A stretch of DNA of 64,000 nucleotides from Geosiphon pyriformis uo1 (GCA_016748015.1 JAAOMT010000128.1:1929538-1993537); one strand, 5' to 3'; shown: positions 39,390-51,735, counted from the first letter of the stretch. The notes: a model not told the origin generated them from the letters alone. A program made the numbers and translations.

Positions 39390-41078
39390 AAAACCAAAAC
39401 TGATTTAACTTTTTACTTAATTATAACTATTTTTGTAAATAACACAATTTAAATTAAAAATAATTATATAACTACACAAATTATTTTAAATATAATTAAT
39501 AAATTTTTAAAATTAATAATATTTCAATAATATTAAAAAATAATAATCATTTGGTATTAATTTTAAAATCAAAAATACTATTTTAAGATAAATATTTTTT
39601 TATTTTAATTACTAAAATTAATAAGTTTTATTATTTAAACATATATTTATTAACTAAAAATTTGTATAATATTAGCTTAAAAAAAACTAATTTTTAATAT
39701 AAAATTTTTTGTTAACATAGTTTTAAAAATATTATTAATACTAAAATTTTCAAATATTATAAAAAATTCTCAACAGACTTTTTAAATATAAATTATTGAA
39801 TTTATAAATTATAAAATTAAATATTTTAAAATTTTTTGCAGTTTTTTGTAAAATTAAAAATTAGTTTTATAAAGAATTTTTTGGCAAAAATAATTAGAAT
39901 TTTTTTAAATTATAATATTGTTTTAATTAATAATATATTTAATGTTTTTTAATTTTATAATAATATTTTAATATTAAATATCTTAAAACAGATTAAATAT
40001 TTTAAAATAATTTCTGTAAATTAACTTTTAAATAATAATAAAATATATTTTGATTAAAAAATTTTTATTATTAAAAATATTTAAAATTCAAAAAATTAAT
40101 TTTTATATGTATTAAATTTCGTTTTAAGTAATAATTTGGCCAAAAAAAAGTTGTTTATATTTAATATTTTACTTATACATAATATATACTATTTTAATAT
40201 TATTTTTTTTAATTTAAAAAAACATATTTAAAAAAATTTTCAATTTTTACAAATAATTTAATAAGAAATATTAGTTTATTTAATATTGTAAACAGTGTTT
40301 TAACTTATTTTTCAGATTTAAACTTAGATAATAATATTAAAATACATGATTTATTGTTATTTATATTAATTAAATTATAAATTATTGTTTTAATACTTAA
40401 ATATATTTTGGCTTTAAACAAAATAGTTATTAATTTAAATAATTAAACAATTTTAAATACTTATTAAATTAAAATATATCTGGTTATATTCAATTTTTAT
40501 AATTATTATTAAATTAAATATTATTATATAAATAATATAATCTATAATAAAAAATTTTTTATTAAATAATTTAAAATTAAAGTATTAATATATTAGTTAA
40601 TAAAATAATATTTTTGAATTTTTGTTTTTGGTTAATATTATTATTGTTTAAAAATTAACAAAAATTATCTAATTATAAAATATTATAATAAATTTTTAAT
40701 TAATTAAAAAAAATAAAAATATATTATTAAGAATTAAATTATTAGTACAAAATTATTATAGAATTTATTTATATTTATTCTCAAATAAAACTATTATTTA
40801 TTAGTTAAATTATTAAAAAAAATATTTTTAATTAAAAATATTTATATTATTATTAATTAATAAAAACTTTATTATTTATTTAGAAAAAATACTTAAAACT
40901 ATTAATATTTATGTTTTTAAATTAGAAAAACATTATAAAAAATAGCAAAAATAGATTTAAAAAAGGTTTTAATAGCAATAAATAAATTTTAAATTAGTTT
41001 TTAAAAAAAAATACATAAAAAAAAATTTATATAATAATTTTAATAATATTTTTTTAATAATATTAAGTAATTAAAATT
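39390..41078. other. Extreme AT-rich desert, contiguous with 47926-48680 before LINE copy 4 inserted
   Basis: Composition. The TSD of LINE copy 4 joins the two tracts. Confidence 0.75.
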
Positions 41079-41094
41079 AAAAAACTCTTAAAAA

Positions 41095-44000
41095 CTTCTT
41101 TTTCTCTTACATCTACAAATCTTCAAAAAGCGCTTTTTTGAAAAAGAAGTTTTTTGTTTTTTCTTGTTAAGTTTATATTATCATTTCTTTAATTAATAAC
41201 CCCTTTGTTATGGACTTAAAGGCTGCTTTTAGCAGTGATATGTCTAAGAAAAAGGTGCCTAAGGGTACTTTTTATGGTCTTGCTAATGGTTTTTTTTCCC
41301 AAAAGAAGAAGATAGTTCTTGGTAATATTAAACATTCAGGTAATAAAAAGAACATTTCTTTAATCAAGCTCAGTTCTGATAGCATGTACTCAGACATGGC
41401 TAGTAAGTCTAGTTGTGGTAAAAACAATATAGTCATGAAAGGTGTCAACAATAGGTCTCTTTTAGGCTCAGCAACCACTATTCCTAAAGCAAAGAAAGTG
41501 AATTCCAGCATGGTCTTTGGTTCTCCTCTTGGCTTTCCCAATTATGAAATGGAAGAAGAAGTGAAACTCCTTCCACCCCCACTTAGTATATCTTTGGAAA
41601 AGAAATGGATAGATCCTAAAATTGTGAAAACACCTGTGGAAATTTCTGTTAGAAAGTTATTTGCTTTGGATATCAATAGTGGAGAACAAATCTGCTATAG
41701 CAAAGACTCAATTCATCAGAAACATTTTTTCAACAATTAATGATTTTGGGGGGGCCACTACTTCCTCAAAATTTGAAGAGATCATCAGATCTACTTTTAC
41801 ATCAGAAAGCAGCATAGAAATGGCCATATCATTGGCCAGAGAAAAAGAGATCGATGTAAACAGTAATATCAAGAGACAAGGAATTTGTTCAAATTGGGCT
41901 GTAGTGATCAAAAAAATTCTCATGAATATGCCAAAGGAAATGATTGTCACCACAGTATCTAAGTTTGGTGTTATTAAGTCAATCAAGATTCAGCTAATTG
42001 GGATGTAATAGAAGACTATAGTGGAATTTGCCGAATTAAAACAGGCTAAGCAATTTGTATCAAGATAATCATTTCTTATTGGAAAAGACTCAGTGCATGT
42101 AGCTATGGCTGTGGGAGATCAGAATACTTGAATGTTTAGAGATTGCTTTAGGGCACTTTTGTTTACTCTGCCTATGGAAACAACAGCTTATAATTTGGGA
42201 ATTTTGGTGAAAAAAGCTGGTGGGAAAACATGTGTCATTAATTACTCTCTTGTTACTGACAACTGGGTTCACTGTGTTGTGGTTGGTTTCAATTCAGATG
42301 AGAATCTGGAATCTGCTTTTCACATGGAGCCAATCTTTGGTAGTGTTAAACTTTCATGGACTAGAATAAATTTGGTTTGTTGTGAAAAGTGCAGCTGTTT
42401 TAGACATTTTGTTCTTGAGTGTGATTTTTCTGAAGTGTTAATCACATCTTTCCAAAAAAAATCTTATAAGAAATTTATCTTGAAAGAAACCCGCCTTCAA
42501 CTTGCTAGGTTGTATGCAAAAAAGTGTGTTTTGATTTCACATCCTGCCATCTTTGGTGGAAAGTCTTGGGCTCAAATAGTTTTATTCAATTTTTCTTTGG
42601 ATGGCTCTTCTTTTGGTTCTGGTTCTGATTTTGGTTTTGGCTCTCCCTTCTTCGGCATCTCTAGTTTGGGTGGTGAATCCTCTTTTGTTTCAACTAACAG
42701 TTCTGCTTTGAATGCTTGGTTGGCTTCTTTAGAATGCTCTTTGGAGCTCTTAGTAGATCAGGTTTCTGGCATTGTATGAAAATTGAGTGGCATAAAGTTG
42801 GTGCCTCTGGCTCCCTTTCCTCTTCCTAGTGTCTCAGTTGTTTCAATAACTGACAATTTGAATTTGGGCCAGAACATGGTTTTGGATAGTTCTGTATCAA
42901 TCTCTCTATCTTTATCTTATGCTGTTTTTGATGCATCAGCTTTGGGTCCTAGTAGTTTGAAAATTCTGACAGCCAAGGTGGGAGGTTTAGAGTCAAAATT
43001 TGTGGCTCTTAAAGCCTCTATGAATTCAGTTTTGGTGAAATTAGATCAGTTGTGTGCTGACTTGGTTTTTTTGATGTTTTCTTCATCCCAATAAATGATC
43101 TAGTGTAGAAAATTGCTATGTGCAATGTTCACAGCATTAATGTTCCAGCTAAGCAAGATAACATTGTGTATTGACATATGAATTCAGGTAACATAATTTC
43201 AATTATTATGGAAACAAAGTTAAAACCTGGTATTAGACCTTGGATTATAAACAAGTTTGATGAGGTGTGAATTTTCTCTTCCAGTGTAAACAAGAGTTTT
43301 TTTGATGCTGGAGTTGCCATTATTATGAACAACTCTTTGGTTCATCATGTTTCTAAAATTGAAGAAGTTTCTGGATGAATTATTTCTGTTAGGCTTTTGT
43401 TTAAAAAAAAGTTGTTTGTTATAATTTTGAGATTATATGCTGGTGCATCTGCTAAAACAAAATATAGTCAAGCATCTGAAATCAATTCTTTTATTGCCAA
43501 AGCTGTCAATTTTAGCACTTTTGTGGTAGTAGGTAGGGATTTCAATGAAGATAGTACTAAGAGAAGTGCTAGTTTCAAGTTTTGCTTAGATCTGAGTTTG
43601 GTTAACTCTTTTTATGGACATTTTTTGACTAAGTTTTGCACTTGGAGCAATTCTAAGGGTGTGGAGAAAGTTATTGATTTTATTTTTGTTACTCATAGTC
43701 TGGCATCTATTGTTGCTAACCATAAGATGGGGCCAGTTTCTAAATTTTTTGATACTGATCACAGAGCAGTATCAATTATGATTGGATTAAATGGTTTCTT
43801 GAATGTACATCTTAACAGTGTACACAAGTAGGCAAACAGAAACAGATGGAAATTCTGAATCAAGAATGCTGGTAATAAAAGTTGGTCATGATTTAAAAGC
43901 TGTTCTTTGGGCATGTTTTTGGGAAGAATGGAGGCTTTCAATAGTGCTAAGTGTCATGGAGATTTGAATTCAATGTGGGAAATTCTAAAAGTGGTGGTGG

Positions 44001-47000
44001 TGGTTTCTGCTTATGAGGTGTTTTCCAAGTTGTGGTTTTTTGGGTCTGATGTTTCAGTAAGTAAACAATCATTGAAGTTCTTTAGACTTGAACTGTTAGT
44101 AGTAAAGCTAGTAAAAAGCATAAGCTCTAATCAAGTTTTGAGAACTGCTCATCTTATTACCACTTGGGCTGTCATTAATGAGAAGAAAGCTATCAAAGTT
44201 CATAACATGGTTGAGAGTGATGTTTGTACCAATGTTGTTTTATGTTATCTGTTATGTGTCAAAAAAAATTATTGTAAATCCAAGTACTATGAATCCCAAG
44301 TCACCAGAGATGAGTTCATTAGGAGAGCTATTGACAAACATATGGAAAACTTTTGTTTTAATAAAGAAAGAATGATTAGAAGTATTTTGGATTACCATGT
44401 TCAGAAAGTGGTGCTTGATCATTTGGTGATAGATAATGAACTTGTTTTGAAGCCCCAGATAGTCAAATTGACATTTGATACTATTATAGAAAGTTAAACA
44501 AGGAAGCATTTGGTGCTTAGTTCTATTTTTGTTCACTGGCTCAACTAGTATACCCTTCTTAACTACATCAATGATGTGGCTTTTTCAAGTGTTATAAATG
44601 ATATTAGTTTCAATGAATTTTTACAGGTTGTCAAGTCTCTGTTTAATAGAAAGACTGCTGGTTTCTCTGGTATTTCTAATGAGCTTTGGAAACATAGTGA
44701 CCAACAGGTGTTGGATGAATTGTTGAATATTTTAAATGAATGTTTAAGATTTAGTATGGTCCTTAAGCAATAGAAAAAGACCTGGGTTTCTATAATACCA
44801 AAGCCTTATAATTAAGAAGGAGCTTTTACTAATACAAGGCCAATAACATTAGTTGAAATGGCCAGAAAGATTTTATCTAAGATTCTGTTTGATAGGATTT
44901 TCTTGGCTTGTAGTAATTATAATGTGTTATATGGAGATAATTTTTTGGTTTTGAAAGACACTTCCACTCAAATTCCAATTTTTGCTGTAAGTTCTGTTGT
45001 TAAGAATGCTTTAGAGAAAAACCATAAACTATGGCTTATTCTTCAGAATATACATAAAGCTTATAATTCAGTTAGGTGGTTTTACTTAAAGAACAGTTTG
45101 ATCAGAATTAAAATGTGTTCTTATTTTGTCAAGTTTTTTGAAAGCATACATAATAACCATATTAATCAGGTGATAACAGATTTTGGGCTTACCAATGGAT
45201 ACACTGTTCATGATAGTTTGGATTAGGGTGAGGTGTTTTCATCTTTGTTGTAGAGAATTTTTTATGATTTTTTGCTGTGCAAAGTTAAGAGACATGAGAG
45301 TTTGTTTGGATACTGTCTGGATTCAAAATTTTTTATGTGAACTGGCAGGCAGGATCATAAAGGTGCTTTAATTTCATACTTGGCTGCTGGGACATTTGTG
45401 GATGATACTATTTGGATTGAGAATAGCATGACTGCTGCCCAGTGTATTTTGGATATAGCTAGCAATTTTTTCTATCTCAATGACATTTCAATTAATGCTG
45501 AGAAAACAGTGGCTATACCTATTAATCACAGAGTCAAGGCTCCTTGTTTAATGATTAGTGGTTCAACTATTTCAATTACTAAGAAAGACAAGGCTCATTA
45601 ATACTTAGGAATTTTTTTATTTACTAATGGTCTTTCAAAATCCAGTCTCACCAAAGCCCAATCAGATGTAAAATTTTTTGTTAATTTAGTCCTAAGAAAA
45701 ACAGTCTCTGATAAGCAGTTTCTATACTTGGTGTCTGCTGTTTTACAACCTATTGTCGGATATAGATTGCAGTTTAATTATGCTTCTGTAAATGTTTGTG
45801 AGAAATGAAATAGACTGCTAAGGAAGAGTCTAAAACTTAAGGCCAACTTGTCCAGAGATTTTCCCAATGAAGCCATTTTCTATCCCAATTTGTATGGTCT
45901 CAAGATTTTTAGACAGTTGCAAGCTAAAAACTCTTTGGCTAATTTGGTACTGTTTGCCAATTCGAAAGGTGTTCTCGGCAGATTATTCAAACACAGAGCA
46001 ATAGATCTGCAAGCCATTAGTTGGATGTCCTGGCAATCCCTTAGTTTTCTGGTCGTATTGTCATTAGATTCTGTGAATTTTTTTTTAGCTGGTATAACCA
46101 ACACTCTAACATTGTGCAAATTCTCTTTAGGCAATATTTTGCCATATGTGTTTTATGCTGGTAGTGGCATATCTGTTGCTGATGTTTTGGGTTTAGATCA
46201 GTATATGAGTGTAGTTGGTTCATTGAAAAAGTTTGACATCATTTTTGCAAACCAGCTTTTGGACTATTATGGCACATGCTTTATATGGAGTAGTTTTTGC
46301 AGGTAGAAAAGATTGGATCCAAGAGATCTGACTCCTGGTTGGTTTCATGTGTTAACAGATTTTATTGGTAATAGTGGTCTGGTCGGTAGTCTTGTCCTGG
46401 TTTCCAATCCAGCTTCTGGTGGTTGCCTAGTCAGTTTAAGTTCTATCAGTGAATATCTTCTTAAGAATTCGGGAAATGTGGTGGTTTATACTAATGACTT
46501 AGTTAAAAGTTTGGGTTCTATAAGTGCTCACAGTAGTGCTGCTGCTTATTTTCCCAACATTGATAATGGTATGGGGGTTAGGATGAGTGGCTTGTTTTTG
46601 TCAACACTGACTGAACTACATGTTATTGCTCTTACTTTGGAGTGTGTTCCAGTTTCCAGTTCAGTTACTCTTTTCACAGACAGTCAGGCATCTTTAGATG
46701 CTTGTAATTTTTATAAAAATTTTTCTGGTCCCAATTTTTGTGATAAATATTGAATTGAGAAAGATTGGATTTGTCAGACCATTGCATTAAAGAACTTGTT
46801 GGTAGCCTGAAATAAAGTCAAAGACCACTCTGGAGTTTATGGCAATAAGTATGTTGATTTATTGGCTAATGTTGCCACCAGTTCTGTCATCATGCTGCCT
46901 GTTAAAACATCCTGCCATTTTTTGTTTGTTGAAGGAAAACCTGTCTCTGAGAATGCCTGTTATTTTGTTAGGTGCCTTTTTGATGCCGTTAGTTTTGTTA

Positions 47001-47909
47001 GTTGGGAAGCCAAATGTGTAGATTATGCTGTAAAAGATATGATGTGTGGTGTAATTGATGTGCAATATACATTTAGTGTGTGGCATTCTGATGGTTAATT
47101 TTGATCAGACTTTACCAGCCATTTTTCTGTGTCTATTCGATCCTACTTCATGAAGGCCATTCATAACCACCTTCCAATAGCAAAAAGGAAGAGGCTTTAT
47201 GATCCAGATTATCTGAGCATGCTGTGTATTTAATGTGGGTTGGTTGAGGATTCCAATCACACATTCTTTTGCATTCAAGATGCTGGTGCTAAAAGTGAGT
47301 TGATTTTAAAGACTATTAATAGTTAGATTATCAAGCTTGGTGTTCTTTCTTCTGACAGTATAGTAATTTGCTCTTTGCAAAAGACTAAGTTGTCAGATAG
47401 TTTATATATGTCCTTAGCCAAAGGATTTGTTTTGAATGATTGGGTGGCTGATACATTGTGTTTGCTGGATAATAGCTCTAACAGTAAATCTCTGGTCATC
47501 AGCTTAATCTGTGGCTTCACTGAAGGTTACAGATCTACTATATGGCTGCCAACTGCCAAGTTGAAAGTGCTTTATAAGAAGCATAGTCTTTTGCTATGTG
47601 ATGAGTTCACAATACTAGTAGTATCTGGTTTGGTCTTCTTGTGGTTTCCCAGAGTGATTTTTAATTTTGGTATCAGACTAGGTATTCACATATGCTATGA
47701 TTTACATCCTCGTCTGTTCAGCACACATTTTGGTTTTTTAGGGGACTTTCCAGTTATTGGTGTTTTGGGTGTCTAGTGTTGCCTTGATTGGCCTGAGTAA
47801 CTAGTCACGTGTAGGAAACACATAAGCCACACTTAATATAGGATTTTCTATATTGCTATAGTTTAGGTAGTAGTTGGGCTACACTTATAAAATGCTTAAT
47901 AAAAAAAAA
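41095..47909 (+). mobile_element. LINE copy 4 (full-length with target-site duplication); ORF1 41210-43094, ORF2 about 43091-47776
   Basis: TSD AAAAAACTCTTAAAAA at 41079-41094 and 47910-47925. Poly(A) tail. GTFVDDTIW RT motif, RNase H and CCHC relics. Confidence 0.95.
47775..47885 (+). other. LINE 3'UTR structured RNA element (copy 4)
   Basis: Outer stem AGTGTTGCCT/GGGCTACACT enclosing TGATTGG/CTAGTCA, GTGT-AGGAA-ACAC and AGCCAC-ACTTAA/TTAGGT-A-GTAGTT. Confidence 0.75.
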
Positions 47910-49026
47910 AAAAAACTCTTAAAAAACTAATTATAATTTAAATTAGAATTAATTAGCATTAAAAATACCAAAAAACTGTTTTGTAATAATATAAAAAAAA
48001 TATTTTTTATAATAAATAATAATTAATATAAATTTGAATTTATTTGTAATACTTTAGTTTTTAGTAATATATATTAATAATATTAATTTGTATATAATAA
48101 TATATAAAAACTTTATATTTAAAATATAGTTTATTAAAATTATATTAGTTTTTAATAATATAAAAGATATTGTATTAAAATTAATTAATTTTATTTAAGA
48201 TTTTGTAATTAGTTATATAAAATATGTTTGATTATTAAATTTTAAACTTAAAATTAAATTAAAAAAATAGTTATTAAATTTATGTCTGCTAATATTTGTG
48301 GTTTTGTTAATATTTTATTTAAAAATTTAATATAAATATTTGATATTAAGAAAAATTATGTTTTAAGTTTTGGTTTAAAATAGTAATATTTTGTTTTTTT
48401 ATAAACTAAATAAAAATATTTCTATTAAAATAATTATATAATATAGTTTTAATTAGCTAAATAACTGGTTATATAAAAAAAGAGTTAATTATATTAAATA
48501 ATGATTGGACTTTATTTGTTAAACCAAAAAAAAATTTTTTTTTAAAGTAATAAAAATACAAAAAAATTTTATTATTATTATTACAATATAATATTATATT
48601 GTAATTATTTATAAAGCTTTTAAACAATTTTTTATTGTCAAAACTATTGCATGTAATAAAATTTTTATTGGAAAAAAAACTGTTCAACAATCATTCCGGA
48701 CCTATATCAAAGATCACGAGATCTGGAAAATTTTCTTACTATTCACTTTTGTTTTGTCTCAGAAACCCCATTTACTATCAAAACCAGCAAAATTTCCAAA
48801 TTTTCCTTAATGCGCAAATATCGGGAAATGATGAGGGATCTATTAATTTCAGATGGCCAAAGTCTCAAAAATTTAAAGCCAATGGTTGAAATTTTAAATA
48901 AATTTTTTGATTCTCGAACTATGTACATCATTTATTGGAGTTTTGTTTCCCGAGGCAATTTACATGATGAGCTTCATGGAAGATCATCTTTTCTTTAGAT
49001 ACAATCACAGTAGTAGGACACGAAAT

Positions 49027-49929
49027 TCAATCATCCAAATTCTTCCACTTCCAAGCGAGTGCCCAGAATTCCAATATATATCTTACCATTGTCAGTAGGT
49101 CGTCATCTTTCACCCAAACTTTCCATTCCAGAGCGGTCAAGAAGTCAATTTCTATTGATCGAAGCTTACCTATGTCGATATCCAGTTGATCTGCGTACAG
49201 TTTCGTGAGATCTTTCATCTCAAAATCAATTTCCGTCTTGTAAGCTATTAGAAATGCGATGGCGAACAATGGAAAAATACTTGAAGCGGAAATAGTTGAG
49301 CCCGTTTTACCGTTATAAGTGAGAGCATATCGTCGAACCAGCACCAAACTTTTTATCGCGGTTCGTATTACGGCCCGTGGATAATCGGAATCGTAGTCTT
49401 GATAGAGTTCTAGCACGGTTAAAAATTCTTGTCTCAAGTGGGGTGAAAAAGTGATCTTGTAAGTATTTTGGCAAAACGCAGTCGTCATCAGAATGCAGAT
49501 GTCGGCCAAATTTTCATAGACATCATTTTCTGATGATGAATTAGAAATTAGGAGATTTTCAAACTTGTCGAGTAATTCGGTATCATCTGTATCATCGGCG
49601 CCCGTCGTCTGTAATGTATAATTTTAATAGTTGATATTGTAAAATAATTTAAAAGACCAAGCATTCTCATCAAGATTGTTAGTTACCTCGGCGATTTCCC
49701 AGTCCATCACCTCTCCATCCAGAAGTAAAGATTCTTGACTCGAACAAGAGGACGAATAGAAGCCATCAAGTTGTTTTGTAGAGTCATAGAATTTGCTTCC
49801 AGAGATAGAGTTTTGTGGAGTATTTACGTTTTTATTATGCGTCCAATATTTTAGGTTCGAATCACAATGTGAAGCTGTAGAGTTAGCTTGCACCGGAGCA
49901 AGCGAGTCTATAGCAGAAGCCACTGCCAT
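49027..49929 (-). CDS. Cyclin-box protein (Pho80/Pcl-like), 2 exons (49929-49687, 49608-49027), 274 aa
   Basis: A phase-0 GT-AG intron (49686-49609) joins the two ORFs. C-terminal FAIAFLIAYK...KLRSIEIDFLTALEWKVWV resembles cyclin helices 3-5 (A.K...L..ME..FL..L.W.L.V). Confidence 0.65.
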
Positions 49930-50500
49930 TTTAATCCAAAGTTCCGAGCGGTTGTTGTTGTGGTATTACCTAAATTTGAAGTATAAAGAATTGAACTAAA
50001 GAAAGTTCAAAGAGCTATAGAAAGAGATTTGCTTCAGCAGCAATGAAACTGTTTTTATTAAGTTTCTTGCTTGATCAAATAGACACTGTAAAGAAATTTC
50101 TGAGGAGGAAAAAATGGGATAAAACACAAGTGATAATATGGGGGAGTCGAAAGAGTTATTGGCTCTCTTTATATTATGTTGAAACGTGTGAAATTTAACT
50201 ATTTACATAATATGTTGTGATCAAGATGTGACGCGTCCTGGCGCCACTGCATGAATATCCACCCACTAATCCTTTGAAAGGAAACTTTTTTTGAAGATCT
50301 TTTGTGAGGAGGCAAAGGTTATTATCTTAATGTCATTTGAAATTTTTTTTTATTAACTTTATTTGCATACATATAAACTTTTTTCATTTTTGAAATTTCA
50401 CTAACTTTTGTTCCTTTTTGACTGAATATTTTTTTTTTTAAAAAAACCTGCAAAATGATGAATATCAAAACATCATTTGTGTTTCTCCAATAAAACAAAA

Positions 50501-50530
50501 AATTATTATTATTATTATTATTATTATTAT
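50501..50530. repeat. (TTA)n microsatellite
   Basis: attattattattattattattattattat. Confidence 0.9.
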
Positions 50531-51310
50531 AAATAGATTAAAAGTATTCCAAATCGTAAAATTGAATATTGTCATCATTCTCGAACATTCTAAATCAGGT
50601 ACCCTCATATAGAAATAAAAAATTGGTTTCACTACATTCCCGAGTCGCATTTAATTGTTCATTTATTTTTTTATTGATTTGTGGTAGCACAAAATTCTTA
50701 ATATGAGATAATTGGAAAAATTAAAAGATTGAATAAATGCTTATTACAAATTTTAAATTTCAAAATATCAAAGTATAAAAAATCATACGTAACCTTTAAC
50801 CACCCCCAAAATTTCAAATGGAGTCACTGCTTCAAACCTAATTATAATATCGTGCTTTTGGCTTAAAAACTTAATTAGTTGAATTTATAGGCTGATGTGA
50901 GCATTTATCAAATTGATTATTACCTACTACTATGCCAAATGAGGTAATCATGTTCAAAACGTTGATCTTAAAGCTTTTCCTTAATGGTTTTATCAAATTA
51001 ATTCATAATTGTGGGAAAATGGTCGATCGATGAAATCATCAACTTTCCCGAGACAATATTACTGAACGAATGATAATCATACCATTATTAACAGCTGACT
51101 AGCTTTTTGATTTGTACTAGGTAACTCTAGGAAAAATTTTGTCTAATTGGAGAGAGCCTGACAATAATACTTTGAAAAATTTTCCTATTTAAAACACTAT
51201 CCAAAATTTTTAGTATCAATCACTTTATCACTTGTTCTTAAAATATTTCTCTCTCAAAGTCTAATACTTTTCATTAAATTCAAATTAAATCGTAAATATC
51301 ATTCCATAAA

Positions 51311-51691
51311 ATGCGAATAAAACTTTTAAACGTAAATTTTCCACAGACAGTTGATGGTCGAGTGTATCATGTTGGTGTCAAACCTGGTGAAGGTAAATTT
51401 TGTTTAACTTTGGCATTTTTTAATTAAAAATTCTTGATTATTTGATCTAATTTTGAATAGTGGCGAACCGTATAATAACTGTGGGTGATCCAGCTCGTGC
51501 GAAACTTTTGGCAAAATCATTAGACAATGATACCCCGTTATTCACTTACGAATCACAACGTGGTTTCTTGACCATAACCGGTCGGTATCGTGGAACGCCA
51601 ATTAGCATAATAGCTATTGGTATGGTAAGATTAATTTTTATTTATCTTCTGATTGGGATATCTTTCTTTCTTTCTTTCTTTTCTTTTTTTT

Positions 51692-51735
<44 letters not shown>

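Noticed and set aside
15345-39390. Target-site duplications for LINE copies 1-3
   Set aside because: Flanks are A/T-only and decayed; no unambiguous duplicated word.
15344-47776. Dozens of 60-350 aa ORFs treated as separate genes
   Set aside because: They are stop-delimited fragments or antisense shadows of LINE ORF1/ORF2.
47775-47885. 3'UTR element as tRNA, 5S rRNA or hammerhead/HDV ribozyme
   Set aside because: No A/B box or TTC loop, no 5S similarity, and no CTGATGA...GAAA core or nested pseudoknot recognised; kept only as an unclassified structure.
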